Source: an uncultured archaeon
GTDB lineage: Archaea > Iainarchaeota > Iainarchaeia > Iainarchaeales > 1-14-0-10-31-34
Direction: 5' to 3'
Assembly: GCA_964608675.1 (NCBI GenBank)
Contig: CAZSOZ010000005.1
Coordinates: 1 to 64,000, forward strand
DNA length: 64,000 nucleotides
In this document: positions 28,825-38,035 of the stretch, one piece after another
Numbering within the stretch: the stretch's first letter is position 1
How the letters are laid out: each line of letters opens with the position of its first letter
Position numbers and translations under genes: made by a program
Notes under the pieces: generated by a model
Database searches by the model: none
Told to the model about the DNA's origin: nothing
The model's input: only the letters and a program-made list of their open reading frames with translations

Positions 28825-29631
28825 TTAATTAGCTGAAAATTTTGACAGCAAAACAGATGCCATGTAAATAAAAGAGATTATTAAAACTATTATTGGTCCT
28901 GTAGAAAAATTAAGGTAATATGAAACGAATAATCCTGTAATTGTTGCAGTCAGTGTTATTGCAGTTGAAGTTATCATGATTTTTTTTATGGTTTTGTGAA
29001 AAAGTTGTGCGCTTGCTGCAGGAATTGTCAGAATTGCAATCATCAAGACTATTCCTACAACCCTTATTGTTGCAATAATTGTTAATGCAATTAAACCGAA
29101 TAATATTATGTTAATTAAAGTGGTTGGAGTGTTCCTTGTTTCAGAGTATTCTTCATCAAAGGTTACTGAAAGAAATGAATTGAACATTAAAAAGACTATT
29201 GCAAGTATGACTGCATCTAATGCAAGTATCATTAACAAGTCTGCTTCTGAAACAAGCAGTATGTTTCCAAATAAATAAGTAAATAAATCTGTTGCATATC
29301 CTGGAGTAAGAAAAATAAAAACCAGTCCTGTTGCCATTCCTGTGGCCCATAAAAAGCTGAGTATTGTGTCCAGCCTGTTTTCTGTGCTTTTTTTAAGAAA
29401 AGCAATGATGAATGCTGAAAGCAAACTAAATACAATTCCTCCTGCAAGAGGATTAAAATTAAGATAATAGCTTATTCCTAAACCACCGAATGCCGTGTGA
29501 GCAATGCTTCCTGAAATCAGTGACATTCTTTTTACTACAATGTATGTTCCTATTATTCCTGAAGCCAGTGAAGCCAGCACTGCAATAATTAATGCGTTCT
29601 GGAAAAACTGGTATTGAAGTATTTCAAGCAA
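28825..29631 (-). CDS. znuB: Zn/Mn ABC transporter permease
   Basis: IAHTAFGG, YLFGNIL, VVGIVL. Confidence 0.85.
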   Translation of the reverse strand: MLEILQYQFFQNALIIAVLASLASGIIGTYIVVKRMSLISGSIAHTAFGGLGISYYLNFNPLAGGIVFSLLSAFIIAFLKKSTENRLDTILSFLWATGMATGLVFIFLTPGYATDLFTYLFGNILLVSEADLLMILALDAVILAIVFLMFNSFLSVTFDEEYSETRNTPTTLINIILFGLIALTIIATIRVVGIVLMIAILTIPAASAQLFHKTIKKIMITSTAITLTATITGLFVSYYLNFSTGPIIVLIISFIYMASVLLSKFSAN

Positions 29632-30328
29632 TGCACATCTCCTTCATTTTAAGTGAACTGGTTTTATGGTACTTTATTGTGTTTGTGTTGCATTTGTTGA
29701 TGCAGACAACTTCTTTGGCGTATTTTGAAAGCATTTCAAGATCGTGGTCAACAATCACAATAGCTATTTTTTTGTTTAATTCTTTTAAAATTTTATAGAA
29801 TTCTTCTTGGATGTGAATGTCAAGGTTTGACATTGGTTCGTCCAGCAAAAGAGCTTTTGGTTCATTGGCTACTGCTCTTGCAACAAAAACTCTTTGTTTT
29901 TCTCCTCCTGAAAGCTCGCATAGTTTATTGTTTCTTAAATGCCAAATGCCAAGGCTTTTTAGGGTTTTTTCAGCCATTTTTCTGTCTTCTTCAGAGTATT
30001 GCTTGAACAGTTTTTTTCCAACTCTACTCAAAAGCACAATCTCTTGGGCAGTTATTGGAAAATTAAAGTCAATGTCTTTGAATTGAGAGAGATAACCAAT
30101 TTGTTCTCTTCCTTTTTTTGGGGTTTTCCCAAACACTTTGATTTTGCCTTTTTTTGGTTTCAGCAATCCCAGAATCAGTTTCAGCAAAGTAGTTTTGCCT
30201 CCTCCGTTGGGGCCAACAACCCCAAGAAAATCTTTTTTGTAAATTGAAAGATTAATGTTTTTTAAGAAATCTTCTTTTGAATAACTAAAGCATACATCAT
30301 TTAATTTGATTATTTCCTTTCTGTTCAT
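29624..30328 (-). CDS. znuC: Zn/Mn ABC transporter ATPase
   Basis: GPNGGGKT, LSGGEKQR, LLLDEP. Confidence 0.88.
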   Translation of the reverse strand: MNRKEIIKLNDVCFSYSKEDFLKNINLSIYKKDFLGVVGPNGGGKTTLLKLILGLLKPKKGKIKVFGKTPKKGREQIGYLSQFKDIDFNFPITAQEIVLLSRVGKKLFKQYSEEDRKMAEKTLKSLGIWHLRNNKLCELSGGEKQRVFVARAVANEPKALLLDEPMSNLDIHIQEEFYKILKELNKKIAIVIVDHDLEMLSKYAKEVVCINKCNTNTIKYHKTSSLKMKEMCIA

Positions 30329-30340
30329 AGTACTCAGAAA

Positions 30341-31216
30341 CTATTTTTTTAAGTTTTCAGTGATAGTTATTGCTACATTTCTTAGATTGCTTATGTAATT
30401 CTCAGAAAGAGGGTCAATTGAAACAACAACAGCATCAATTTCTTCGGCGATTGATTCAGCTATATCTTTATTGAATTGTGATTGAACGAATATTACTTTA
30501 ATGTTTTCTTTTTCAGCTTCATCAATTAGTTCCTGCAATTGCTCTGCTGTCGGTTCTTTTCCGGATTGCTCTATAGCTACTTGTTTAATATCATATTCAT
30601 CAGCAAAGTAACCCCAAGCTGGATGGAATACCATGAGCTTGTCTGTTTTCAGTTCCTTGAATTTGGATTCAATTTCATCATGCAGTTCATCAAGCTGTTT
30701 TTTGAAATTCTCTGCATTGCTTTTGTATGCGCCAGAATTTTGTGGATCTTTTTGTGACAATGATTCTGCAATCACATCAACCTGCTTTTTGGCCTGTAAA
30801 GGTGAAAGCCAGATATGCGGGTCAATTCCTTCCTGTTTACCAAAATACCTGAGTTTTACATTAATTGAAGTGTCCACTATCAACATATTTTTATTCAATT
30901 CAGCAAATTTATTGGTATGAGACTTTTCAAAAGCAATATGGCCTACCCTAAAATAAATGTCAGCGTTTTCAACATTAGCCAGATCACTTGGCTTTGGTTC
31001 ATATGTTGCAGGGCTTGCCCCTAAAGGAATTAATTCCTTTACATTAACGTGTTCTCCTCCAACTGCTTTTACAAAAGCTTTTTGAGGTAAAATGCTTACA
31101 ATCACATTTAATTTTTTGCTTGATTCTTTTTCAGGGTAATTAATGCAGCCAGAAAACAAAAATAATATAATAACTAATGCAAAAAACAACTTGCTGGTTT
31201 TCATTTTTTTTTTCAC
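30341..31216 (-). CDS. znuA: Zn/Mn ABC transporter substrate-binding lipoprotein
   Basis: Lipobox FSGC, YEPKPSD, DPHIWLSP, FHPAWGYFA. Confidence 0.88.
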   Translation of the reverse strand: MKKKMKTSKLFFALVIILFLFSGCINYPEKESSKKLNVIVSILPQKAFVKAVGGEHVNVKELIPLGASPATYEPKPSDLANVENADIYFRVGHIAFEKSHTNKFAELNKNMLIVDTSINVKLRYFGKQEGIDPHIWLSPLQAKKQVDVIAESLSQKDPQNSGAYKSNAENFKKQLDELHDEIESKFKELKTDKLMVFHPAWGYFADEYDIKQVAIEQSGKEPTAEQLQELIDEAEKENIKVIFVQSQFNKDIAESIAEEIDAVVVSIDPLSENYISNLRNVAITITENLKK

Positions 31217-31250
31217 CTTAATATTTTATAAACAATGCAGTATAAATATG

Positions 31251-31273
31251 TTATTGATTGTAATTATCAATAA
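31251..31273. promoter_or_regulatory. Fur/Zur-type operator
   Basis: TTATTGAT-TGTAATT-ATCAATAA palindrome between divergent znuA and zur. Confidence 0.65.
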
Positions 31274-31282
31274 GGTTGTGTT

Positions 31283-31672
31283 GTGGCAAAAAAAAGAAGC
31301 ACCAAACAAAAAGAATTTCTTCAAAAAAAATTAGAGGAAATTGATTCTTTTTTTAGTGCAGAAGACTTGCTTGCATTAGCCGGCAAAGAAAAAAAAAGAA
31401 TTGGGGTTGCCACTGTTTACCGGTTTCTCAATGAACTGAAAAAACAAAACCTTTTGTATTCTTATAAGTGCAACAGGAAAACAGTTTTTTCCAGGCAAAA
31501 TAACAGTCACTGCCATTTTGTTTGTGAAAGCACTGGCAAAATAACTCATTTCAATATTGATTCTCTGGATTTCCTTAAAGACAAAATTCCTGGTTCAATT
31601 AAAAGCTTTCAGCTTGAAGTCAGGGGCGTCAGCAACGGAAAACCTAAAACCTGCTGTAAAAAAACCAATTAA
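31283..31672 (+). CDS. Fur-family regulator (Zur-like)
   Basis: SAED...IGVATVYRFL, HCHFVCE..GKI. Confidence 0.82.
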   Translation: MAKKRSTKQKEFLQKKLEEIDSFFSAEDLLALAGKEKKRIGVATVYRFLNELKKQNLLYSYKCNRKTVFSRQNNSHCHFVCESTGKITHFNIDSLDFLKDKIPGSIKSFQLEVRGVSNGKPKTCCKKTN

Positions 31673-31707
31673 AAAAGACAATCAGAAAAACCGGACTTAA
31701 TATGCCG

Positions 31708-31719
31708 AAGCCTCTAGGG
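31708..31719. repeat. att-like copy of the tRNA-Thr(TGT) 3' end, AAGCCTCTAGGG
   Basis: Identical at 32680-32691 and 36080-36091; 11-bp core equals 36731-36741. Confidence 0.8.
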
Positions 31720-31873
31720 CGAGAAAAACAAATTATTCAAAGCCTGACATGCTTTTTGATTTACTATAAAATTATAGTATATAAAACTAGTTAAAAACAG
31801 GTCGAGTAACCAAAAAAAGGAAATTAATTTTAATAGAATGAATTAATTACTTTTTTAGTTTTTTATAGTTTAA

Positions 31874-32608
31874 TTATCCGATGTATCCTGCAGGTGCTAA
31901 ACCACCATGACTTAAGAAAGTACTTATAATTGAAAAAAACAATTTCCATAAAACATAAAAAGCGCCAAAAATTATAATCCATTGCACTAAATTTGTTATT
32001 AGAGCTATTACGGCACTTTTAATTAAGCTTTGATTATGTGCTTCTCTTGTAGACAAAATTGACCAGTATAAATTAATTAGTGATAGTAAAATTAGTAAAT
32101 AAGTTATTGGGTTATAAATTATTGAATCAAGTGAAGAAATATTGCCTTCTGTGGGATAACTTGCAAACCATAATACTGCTAAGTCATGCGTGAATGAATT
32201 AGCGGCAATGGTAACTAATATTGTTGATATAAGCCATAAAACAGGATATAATGAAGTTAAATAAAATTGTTGTGTAAAAGTTGCTTTGCCGCCTAAAAAT
32301 TTCATTATATAATGTGCTATTAAATTAGAAAGAATTACTGCAAAAAACAAAAGAATACATAAAGGGATAATAAGCAAAACTTCAATAACAACTGCAACAA
32401 ATATTGCATTACCCATACTTGAGATGCCATGAGCTAAGATTCTTTCAATAACTATATAGCAAAAACTGATTAAGGGTGACAATAAAAGAAAAAATATTGC
32501 ATAGTTAACCAATGCTTTCTTTAATGAAGCTTTTGGTTTCTCTTCAGTAAAAGTTTTCTTTGGATGAATTAATGCATTAATCCATATTCTGATTCTTTCC
32601 GTAACCAT
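31874..32608 (-). CDS. Yip1-domain membrane protein
   Basis: LIHPKKTF.EE, KFLGGKATF, REAH.QS..KS; multiple TMs. Confidence 0.7.
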   Translation of the reverse strand: MVTERIRIWINALIHPKKTFTEEKPKASLKKALVNYAIFFLLLSPLISFCYIVIERILAHGISSMGNAIFVAVVIEVLLIIPLCILLFFAVILSNLIAHYIMKFLGGKATFTQQFYLTSLYPVLWLISTILVTIAANSFTHDLAVLWFASYPTEGNISSLDSIIYNPITYLLILLSLINLYWSILSTREAHNQSLIKSAVIALITNLVQWIIIFGAFYVLWKLFFSIISTFLSHGGLAPAGYIG

Positions 32609-32679
32609 GTGTTTTATTGTAGTTTTAAGTAATATTTATTATTTTGCTAAAGCCTTTGTTATATGAATTTCAACGACCT

Positions 32680-32691
32680 AAGCCTCTAGGG
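32680..32691. repeat. att-like copy of the tRNA-Thr(TGT) 3' end
   Basis: AAGCCTCTAGGG. Confidence 0.8.
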
Positions 32692-32757
32692 AAACCAATC
32701 CCCAAAGTGTGAAGCCTACACAACATTTTTCATAACTTATATTTTAATTTTTCGGTT

Positions 32758-35466
32758 TTAAATAATCTCTATTTCATCATCGTATTCTTCTTCATTTTCA
32801 TCAGAGTCTGTTGTTTCTTCTACTTTTCTTGCTTTTTTATTGTAATGTGGGCAAAATGCTGCAAAAGCACATTCTCTGACTTGTTTGCAATTATTTGGAT
32901 TAGGCGTAAATTCTTTATTTTTTATTTTAGGTATTATATTTTGTATATCAAAAGTTATTTGTTCAGTTAAATCAAAACATATTTTTTTCCCGCCTTTTCC
33001 AAAAAAATAAATAATTCCTTTTTTAATTGAAGGGTCTTTTATTGCCCAAGAATATAACTTAATTTGTCTTTTGGCTTGGTCTTCAGTAAAATGATTGTGG
33101 GCTCCTGACTTAAATTCAACAATTGTTTTTTCTCCATTTTCGTCTGTTAAAACCAAATCAATTCTTCCTCTTATTAAACAATCTGATATCGTAGTTTGAA
33201 AAGGCATTTCAGGGTTTATTTTTTGATTTTTCAACTCTTTTTCAAAAGATTTGAAGTATTTTTCTAAAGCGTTTTTATAAATATAAGGCCTTAAAGGAGC
33301 AAACTTTGGTAATTTTTCTTCAATTAGCTCATCTAAATCAACTGTTAATTTATCTGAAAAAAACTGTTCGCCTTTTAAATTTGAGATTTTTAAGTTTAAA
33401 TGATATAATAAAATGTGAAATACTGTTCCATAAGTTAATGAAGAATAATTATTTCTTGGAATAGCAAAATTATTGTAAAAACGCAACTTATATGAATAAG
33501 GACACTTCAAAAATTCTTCTATTTTATGATGAGACAATTCAAGAATTTCTTGTTTTTTGGCGTTTGGGCGTATAGAAAGGTCTTTTTGGTTTTCATAAAG
33601 AGTTACCAAATTCGCAGCATTAGGATCTTCCACAAGAATTAAGGCTGTATTTTTAAGGATTTTTTTTATGTCTTCCGGCATGTAATTTATTTTAGTATAA
33701 GAAAGAATTAATTCGTCTTTAGCACGAGTAATGCCAACATATTTTGCTCTTAAAAAATCTTCATTTGGATCATACTGCTCAAACAAATCATGTAAAGGAT
33801 CTGATCTTTTGCTTGGCATAAAATTTTTTTGTATTTCTGGGATTATTACTATTGGAAACTCTAATCCTTTTGATCTATGAAAAGTTAATAGTTTAACAGA
33901 ATCATCTAAAAATTCAATTGGTTGTTCTGTATCAAGAAAATCTTTCTTTGTTTGAGATATGTATTCAAATATTTTTTCAGAAGGAGTATCAAACATTGTT
34001 AGATTTGTTTCTAAAATTTTTGAAAATTTTGCAAGATTGAAAATTACTTTTTCTTCATTATCTCTAATTTTTTTTTTGAGGTATTTTGAATGACGAATTA
34101 TTTCATAAAATGCTGATAAAGGATTTCTATTGTATAAAATAGCTTCTGTCGGTAATTTTAATTCTAACAATGTGTTTTCGATTTCTTTTTCTTCTTTCCA
34201 TTCCTTAAATACATTAAGTATCTCGTTCATATAATCTATTTGTAAAAGACCTCCGTCTCCAATAACTTCAAAAGGAATGTTAGCTTCTTCTAATGCCTTT
34301 ACAAACTCTTGCGAGTTGTATTTCACGCTTTTAAAAAAAATGCCTATATTGGAGTAATTCTGAACAATTTTTTTGCTATGTAAATCTTTAATATATTCGA
34401 TAGTGTTTTTTATTTCTTCATCTTCTGAAAAAAATTTTTTCACTTTTATTTTCACTCCGTCATTAGTTAATTCTCCGTCTTCTTTATCAAAATTTCCAAT
34501 TATTTCTTTTTCTTTTTCAAGATTTAAATATCTGTTGGAAAAAGTGATTATCTTTTTTGTAGAGCGATAATTTTTCCTAAGCATGTATTCTTTTGAATTT
34601 GGAAAAGATTCACAAAACCTATCAAATATTGTGACATCACTTCCTCTAAATCCATAAATGCTTTGGTTTCTGTCGCCAACAACCCAGATTTTTGTTTTTT
34701 CACTTAAAAATAATTTTAGTAAATCTTCTTGAATTCTATTAACATCTTGGTATTCATCAGCAAAAATATAATCAAACTTATTTTTCGCAAATTCACTTAA
34801 TTTTGGGTTGTTTTTGATTTCTTTTATTACTGTGTGTATTAGATCTCCAAAATCAAAGCTTCTTTGTTCAAGCAACATGTTGCAGTATTTAATGTAAGCT
34901 TCTTCTAATGGAAAATCTTTTTCTTTTAATTCTTCTAAATAATAATTGTCTTTTATCCTCCCAAAAAAATTATTTAGATCTGAGATGTTGGATTGTGTTT
35001 CATTATTTCTAATTGTGTTTGAAAATTTTAATAAAAACAAAAATTGAGAATATTCATCTAATGCTTTAAAACCCTTGTAATCCTTAAAAAATAGAAGATT
35101 TTCTTTTATGAATCTTGCACAAAATCCATGAAAAGTAGAAACATAAAACTTTTTTTCATTGGGAAATCTTGAAATAATCTTACTTAATAGATCTTCAGCA
35201 GCTTTATTAGTATAGGTTATTAGCAAAATTTTATTTGGATTTACTCCGTTACTAACAAGATTAACAACTTTTTCTATTAACAAAGTTGTTTTTCCAGATC
35301 CGGGGCCTGCAGTGATCTTAATGTTATGTTCAGTATCTGATAATATTAACTGTTTTTCTTTGGAAAGTTTCACTTTTATCACACATTCTTTTAGGTAATG
35401 AGAATTTAATACCAATTGTCTTTTTTGTGAGTTTTGTCGTGTTTTTTTTGGTTGTTGAATACCCAT
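32758..35466 (-). CDS. UvrD/PcrA-like SF1 helicase fused to a C-terminal PD-(D/E)xK nuclease (true start likely GTG ~35382)
   Basis: AGPGSGKT, DEYQD, VGD.NQSIYGFRG, TFHRSKGLEF, YVGITRAK, CPY.Y, GRIDL..IVEFKSG, C-terminal Cys cluster. Confidence 0.88.
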   Translation of the reverse strand: MGIQQPKKTRQNSQKRQLVLNSHYLKECVIKVKLSKEKQLILSDTEHNIKITAGPGSGKTTLLIEKVVNLVSNGVNPNKILLITYTNKAAEDLLSKIISRFPNEKKFYVSTFHGFCARFIKENLLFFKDYKGFKALDEYSQFLFLLKFSNTIRNNETQSNISDLNNFFGRIKDNYYLEELKEKDFPLEEAYIKYCNMLLEQRSFDFGDLIHTVIKEIKNNPKLSEFAKNKFDYIFADEYQDVNRIQEDLLKLFLSEKTKIWVVGDRNQSIYGFRGSDVTIFDRFCESFPNSKEYMLRKNYRSTKKIITFSNRYLNLEKEKEIIGNFDKEDGELTNDGVKIKVKKFFSEDEEIKNTIEYIKDLHSKKIVQNYSNIGIFFKSVKYNSQEFVKALEEANIPFEVIGDGGLLQIDYMNEILNVFKEWKEEKEIENTLLELKLPTEAILYNRNPLSAFYEIIRHSKYLKKKIRDNEEKVIFNLAKFSKILETNLTMFDTPSEKIFEYISQTKKDFLDTEQPIEFLDDSVKLLTFHRSKGLEFPIVIIPEIQKNFMPSKRSDPLHDLFEQYDPNEDFLRAKYVGITRAKDELILSYTKINYMPEDIKKILKNTALILVEDPNAANLVTLYENQKDLSIRPNAKKQEILELSHHKIEEFLKCPYSYKLRFYNNFAIPRNNYSSLTYGTVFHILLYHLNLKISNLKGEQFFSDKLTVDLDELIEEKLPKFAPLRPYIYKNALEKYFKSFEKELKNQKINPEMPFQTTISDCLIRGRIDLVLTDENGEKTIVEFKSGAHNHFTEDQAKRQIKLYSWAIKDPSIKKGIIYFFGKGGKKICFDLTEQITFDIQNIIPKIKNKEFTPNPNNCKQVRECAFAAFCPHYNKKARKVEETTDSDENEEEYDDEIEII

Positions 35467-35630
35467 AAATTGCTTGGTCTGTTGTCTGATTTATCTCTGT
35501 TAATATGATGAACTACTTCTCCATCTTCTAAACTTCTTCCTATTCTTTGTTCAGCAGCCCATCTGTGAACAGGTGTTCCGGAATCAGAAAACCGTCTGTA
35601 TCCTTTTTTATCTTTAAACCATTGAGCCAT
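35406..35630 (-). CDS. small HNH endonuclease
   Basis: VHRW.AE...VVHHINRDKSDNRPSNL. Confidence 0.82.
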   Translation of the reverse strand: MAQWFKDKKGYRRFSDSGTPVHRWAAEQRIGRSLEDGEVVHHINRDKSDNRPSNLWVFNNQKKHDKTHKKDNWY

Positions 35631-35646
35631 ATTTTAACCTCCTTAA

Positions 35647-36006
35647 TTACTTCCATTTTAATTTAAATTTCTTTAAATCTTTTCTTTTCATTGCGCATTT
35701 TTTGCACAATAATTCTTTTATGTGAGCGTCTATACTTGTAGGGTTGTCAAAATCAATATCTCCGTTATCTTTTCTGTAATATTTCATAATAGATAAAGAG
35801 TTTGTAAAATGAGGTTCGTTTTCTTTTATTTCTTTATCACACTTATAACAAGTAAGTATTTCTTCTGTATCCTCATAGGCTTTAGATTGAATAATTTCTC
35901 TTAAAAGTCTTGAAGGTTTTTTGCCTTTTTCTTCAGCAAATATAACAAACTTTTTTGCAAGTTCTTTTGGGACTTTAGTGCTAATAACAACAAATTCTTT
36001 TACCAT
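35647..36006 (-). CDS. RHH DNA-binding domain plus zinc finger
   Basis: VISTKVPKEL...SRLLREII; CYKC...CKKC. Confidence 0.6.
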   Translation of the reverse strand: MVKEFVVISTKVPKELAKKFVIFAEEKGKKPSRLLREIIQSKAYEDTEEILTCYKCDKEIKENEPHFTNSLSIMKYYRKDNGDIDFDNPTSIDAHIKELLCKKCAMKRKDLKKFKLKWK

Positions 36007-36079
36007 AATAAAATAAGTAGACCAAAATGAATATAAAAGTATTACTAAAAAGTTGCTAGGGATTTATACTTTGATTATT

Positions 36080-36091
36080 AAGCCTCTAGGG
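36080..36091. repeat. att-like copy of the tRNA-Thr(TGT) 3' end
   Basis: AAGCCTCTAGGG. Confidence 0.8.
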
Positions 36092-36132
36092 TCCTAACAA
36101 CGGTTAGTTTGATATAATAGGGGCTTCTGTTT

Positions 36133-36660
36133 TTAGATTTGGTCTACTAAGTTTCCATATGCAGTGTTATATCCAAATGAAGCCAAACAACAGAATTCTT
36201 TGCAAGAATCAGGACAGCTCATTTTAGAGCTATCGTGGAAAGGAAGCGTCCCTTTTTCTTTAGCTTGACAGGTAATATAAAAGCTTGTGCTGGTTTGTTC
36301 GTTGAATTTTATTGAATCTTTTTTTAATGAATCAGTATATTGCACTGAAGTTATTTCAGGAGAGAAATCAATTTGAATGCATTTTTCTCCTATGTTTAAA
36401 ATGTTTGAAAACTGTTTTGAACTAAAAGTTTGGTCTTTTTGGATTACTATGGTTTTTGTTGCAAAAGTTTTTCCATTTGGGCTCATTGATGCTTTTTTCA
36501 AAGTGTCTTCAATTGATTTTGAATAAGGAGAATTTACTTTTTGATTTCCACACCACCACATTATTTCACAGAAAAAAAAATATCCTCCGATTAATAGTAC
36601 AACTAAAACAATTATTGCACTAATTACAAAACTGGAAAATGCGCTTCCTTTAAATTTCAT
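36133..36660 (-). CDS. membrane-anchored/secreted Cys-containing protein, possible class III (pilin-like) signal
   Basis: MKFKG|SAFSSF followed by a hydrophobic helix. Confidence 0.55.
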   Translation of the reverse strand: MKFKGSAFSSFVISAIIVLVVLLIGGYFFFCEIMWWCGNQKVNSPYSKSIEDTLKKASMSPNGKTFATKTIVIQKDQTFSSKQFSNILNIGEKCIQIDFSPEITSVQYTDSLKKDSIKFNEQTSTSFYITCQAKEKGTLPFHDSSKMSCPDSCKEFCCLASFGYNTAYGNLVDQI

Positions 36661-36730
36661 AAGTTAAATATTGTTTTAACTACTATTTATTTTTTTCCAA
36701 AGCCCCTGTTATCCAAAACTAATCATTTAG

Positions 36731-36998
36731 AGCCTCTAGGGGGATTTGAACCCCCGGCCTACTGATTACTCGGTTCCGCCCGAGTGTGACGGTGCACGCC
36801 GTAAAGGCGTGCTAGCACTGCTTTATGCAGTGCTTCGGCACTCACGCTCGAAAGCGTGACGGTGCAGGACATTCACTTTGTTCAGTCCAGCTGCCAAAGC
36901 ATGACAGCCCTGTCGAGCTGAAAGCGAAGACAGTGCTCCGTGTTAAACCGGCGGAACGGTTTTACAAGTCAGTCGCTCTGCCACTGAGCTATAGAGGC
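36731..36998 (-). tRNA. tRNA-Thr(TGT) with 196-nt intron (36767-36962)
   Basis: GCCTCTA/TAGAGGC acceptor, ACTGA-CT-TGT-A|A-TCAGT, CTTG/CGAG helix with TAA bulge, GGTTCAAATCC. Confidence 0.92.
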
Positions 36999-37044
36999 AA
37001 AAAAAACTCTGTTTTTAAAGCTTTTAAGCAATAAATATTTTTTA

Positions 37045-37698
37045 ATGGAATCAATTAAAAGTATTTGCTCTAAATGCACTGAATGCTGTAAAAAATACAA
37101 TATAACTCTGCTTCCAGAAGAAAGCAAAAGAATATCTCAATACATGAATTTAAATGAAAAAGAATTTATTGAAAACTATTGTGATTTACTGCTTCAATTT
37201 TTTCCTTCATTTAAATCAAATAATCCGTTTGTAGTTCATTACACAGAAATCCCAAAAAAATTATACAAAAAATTTCAAGAGCATTCTGAAAAAGATTATT
37301 TCTTTGTTCTCCCAAATATAAGTTTAAAAAAAACAAACAAATGCATTTTTCTTGAAAACGGTTTATGCACAGTACAAGAAGTAAAACCAGAGCAATGCAT
37401 TTTATTTCCTTTTATAATAATCAACGAAGAAACAAAAATAAAAGAAAAATATTTGTTCTGCAAATTATTAAAACAAGGAATTAAAGCAGATGAAAACGCA
37501 AAAGAAAAATCCTTAAACCATTACACAAAAGTAAAAAACTATTTTGAGTTAATAAAAGAAAAAGGCTTTCAGCAAGAATGGAAAGAACTTCCAAAAAAAG
37601 GAGCAATTTTTTTAGAAGAAAAGCAAATTCAAAAAATAACGCAAAAAGACTTCTTAAAACTCATAAACTTATTCAAAGTTTCCGACCAAAACCTTTAA
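37045..37698 (+). CDS. YkgJ/CxxCxxCC family protein
   Basis: CSKCTECC, CIFL..GLC.V...KPEQC.LFPF. Confidence 0.8.
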   Translation: MESIKSICSKCTECCKKYNITLLPEESKRISQYMNLNEKEFIENYCDLLLQFFPSFKSNNPFVVHYTEIPKKLYKKFQEHSEKDYFFVLPNISLKKTNKCIFLENGLCTVQEVKPEQCILFPFIIINEETKIKEKYLFCKLLKQGIKADENAKEKSLNHYTKVKNYFELIKEKGFQQEWKELPKKGAIFLEEKQIQKITQKDFLKLINLFKVSDQNL

Positions 37699-37706
37699 AT
37701 AAAGTT

Positions 37707-37722
37707 ATGAATATATATTCAT
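37707..37722. promoter_or_regulatory. operator ATGAATATATATTCAT
   Basis: Perfect 16-bp palindrome 5 nt after TTTAAATA. Confidence 0.62.
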
Positions 37723-37743
37723 TATATAATTTAAGGGAGGTAA

Positions 37744-38034
37744 TTGATTATGCCTTATTTTGATAGAACTGGTCCTGATGGAAGAGGTCCTTTAACTGGA
37801 AGAGGTTTTGGTTATTGTTCTGGAAGGCCTTTTAGAAGAGGTTATGCCAGAGGAAGAAATCGAAGTTTTGGAAGAGGTTTTGGCTTTAGAAGAGATTTCC
37901 CGGATTTTTGTGAAATGCCTTTTGAAAGACCCTTAACTAAAACTGAAGAAAAAAAAATTTTAGAAGAAGAACTAAAAGACTTAGATGAAGAAAAAAAAGC
38001 AATCCAGGAAAAATTAAAAGAATTAAAGGGTTAA
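37744..38034 (+). CDS. DUF5320 family protein
   Basis: MP.FDRTGP.GRGPLTGRGFGYC plus coiled-coil tail. Confidence 0.8.
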   Translation: MIMPYFDRTGPDGRGPLTGRGFGYCSGRPFRRGYARGRNRSFGRGFGFRRDFPDFCEMPFERPLTKTEEKKILEEELKDLDEEKKAIQEKLKELKG

Positions 38035-38035
38035 T

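Noticed and set aside
36767-36962. Group I intron interpretation of the 196-nt intron
   Set aside because: Canonical 37/38 site with a BHB-like junction, ends in A rather than G, and no P7 core recognised.
36825-37034. 69-aa ORF suggesting a protein-coding intron
   Set aside because: Antisense to tRNA-Thr, extends beyond the tRNA, no recognisable domain.
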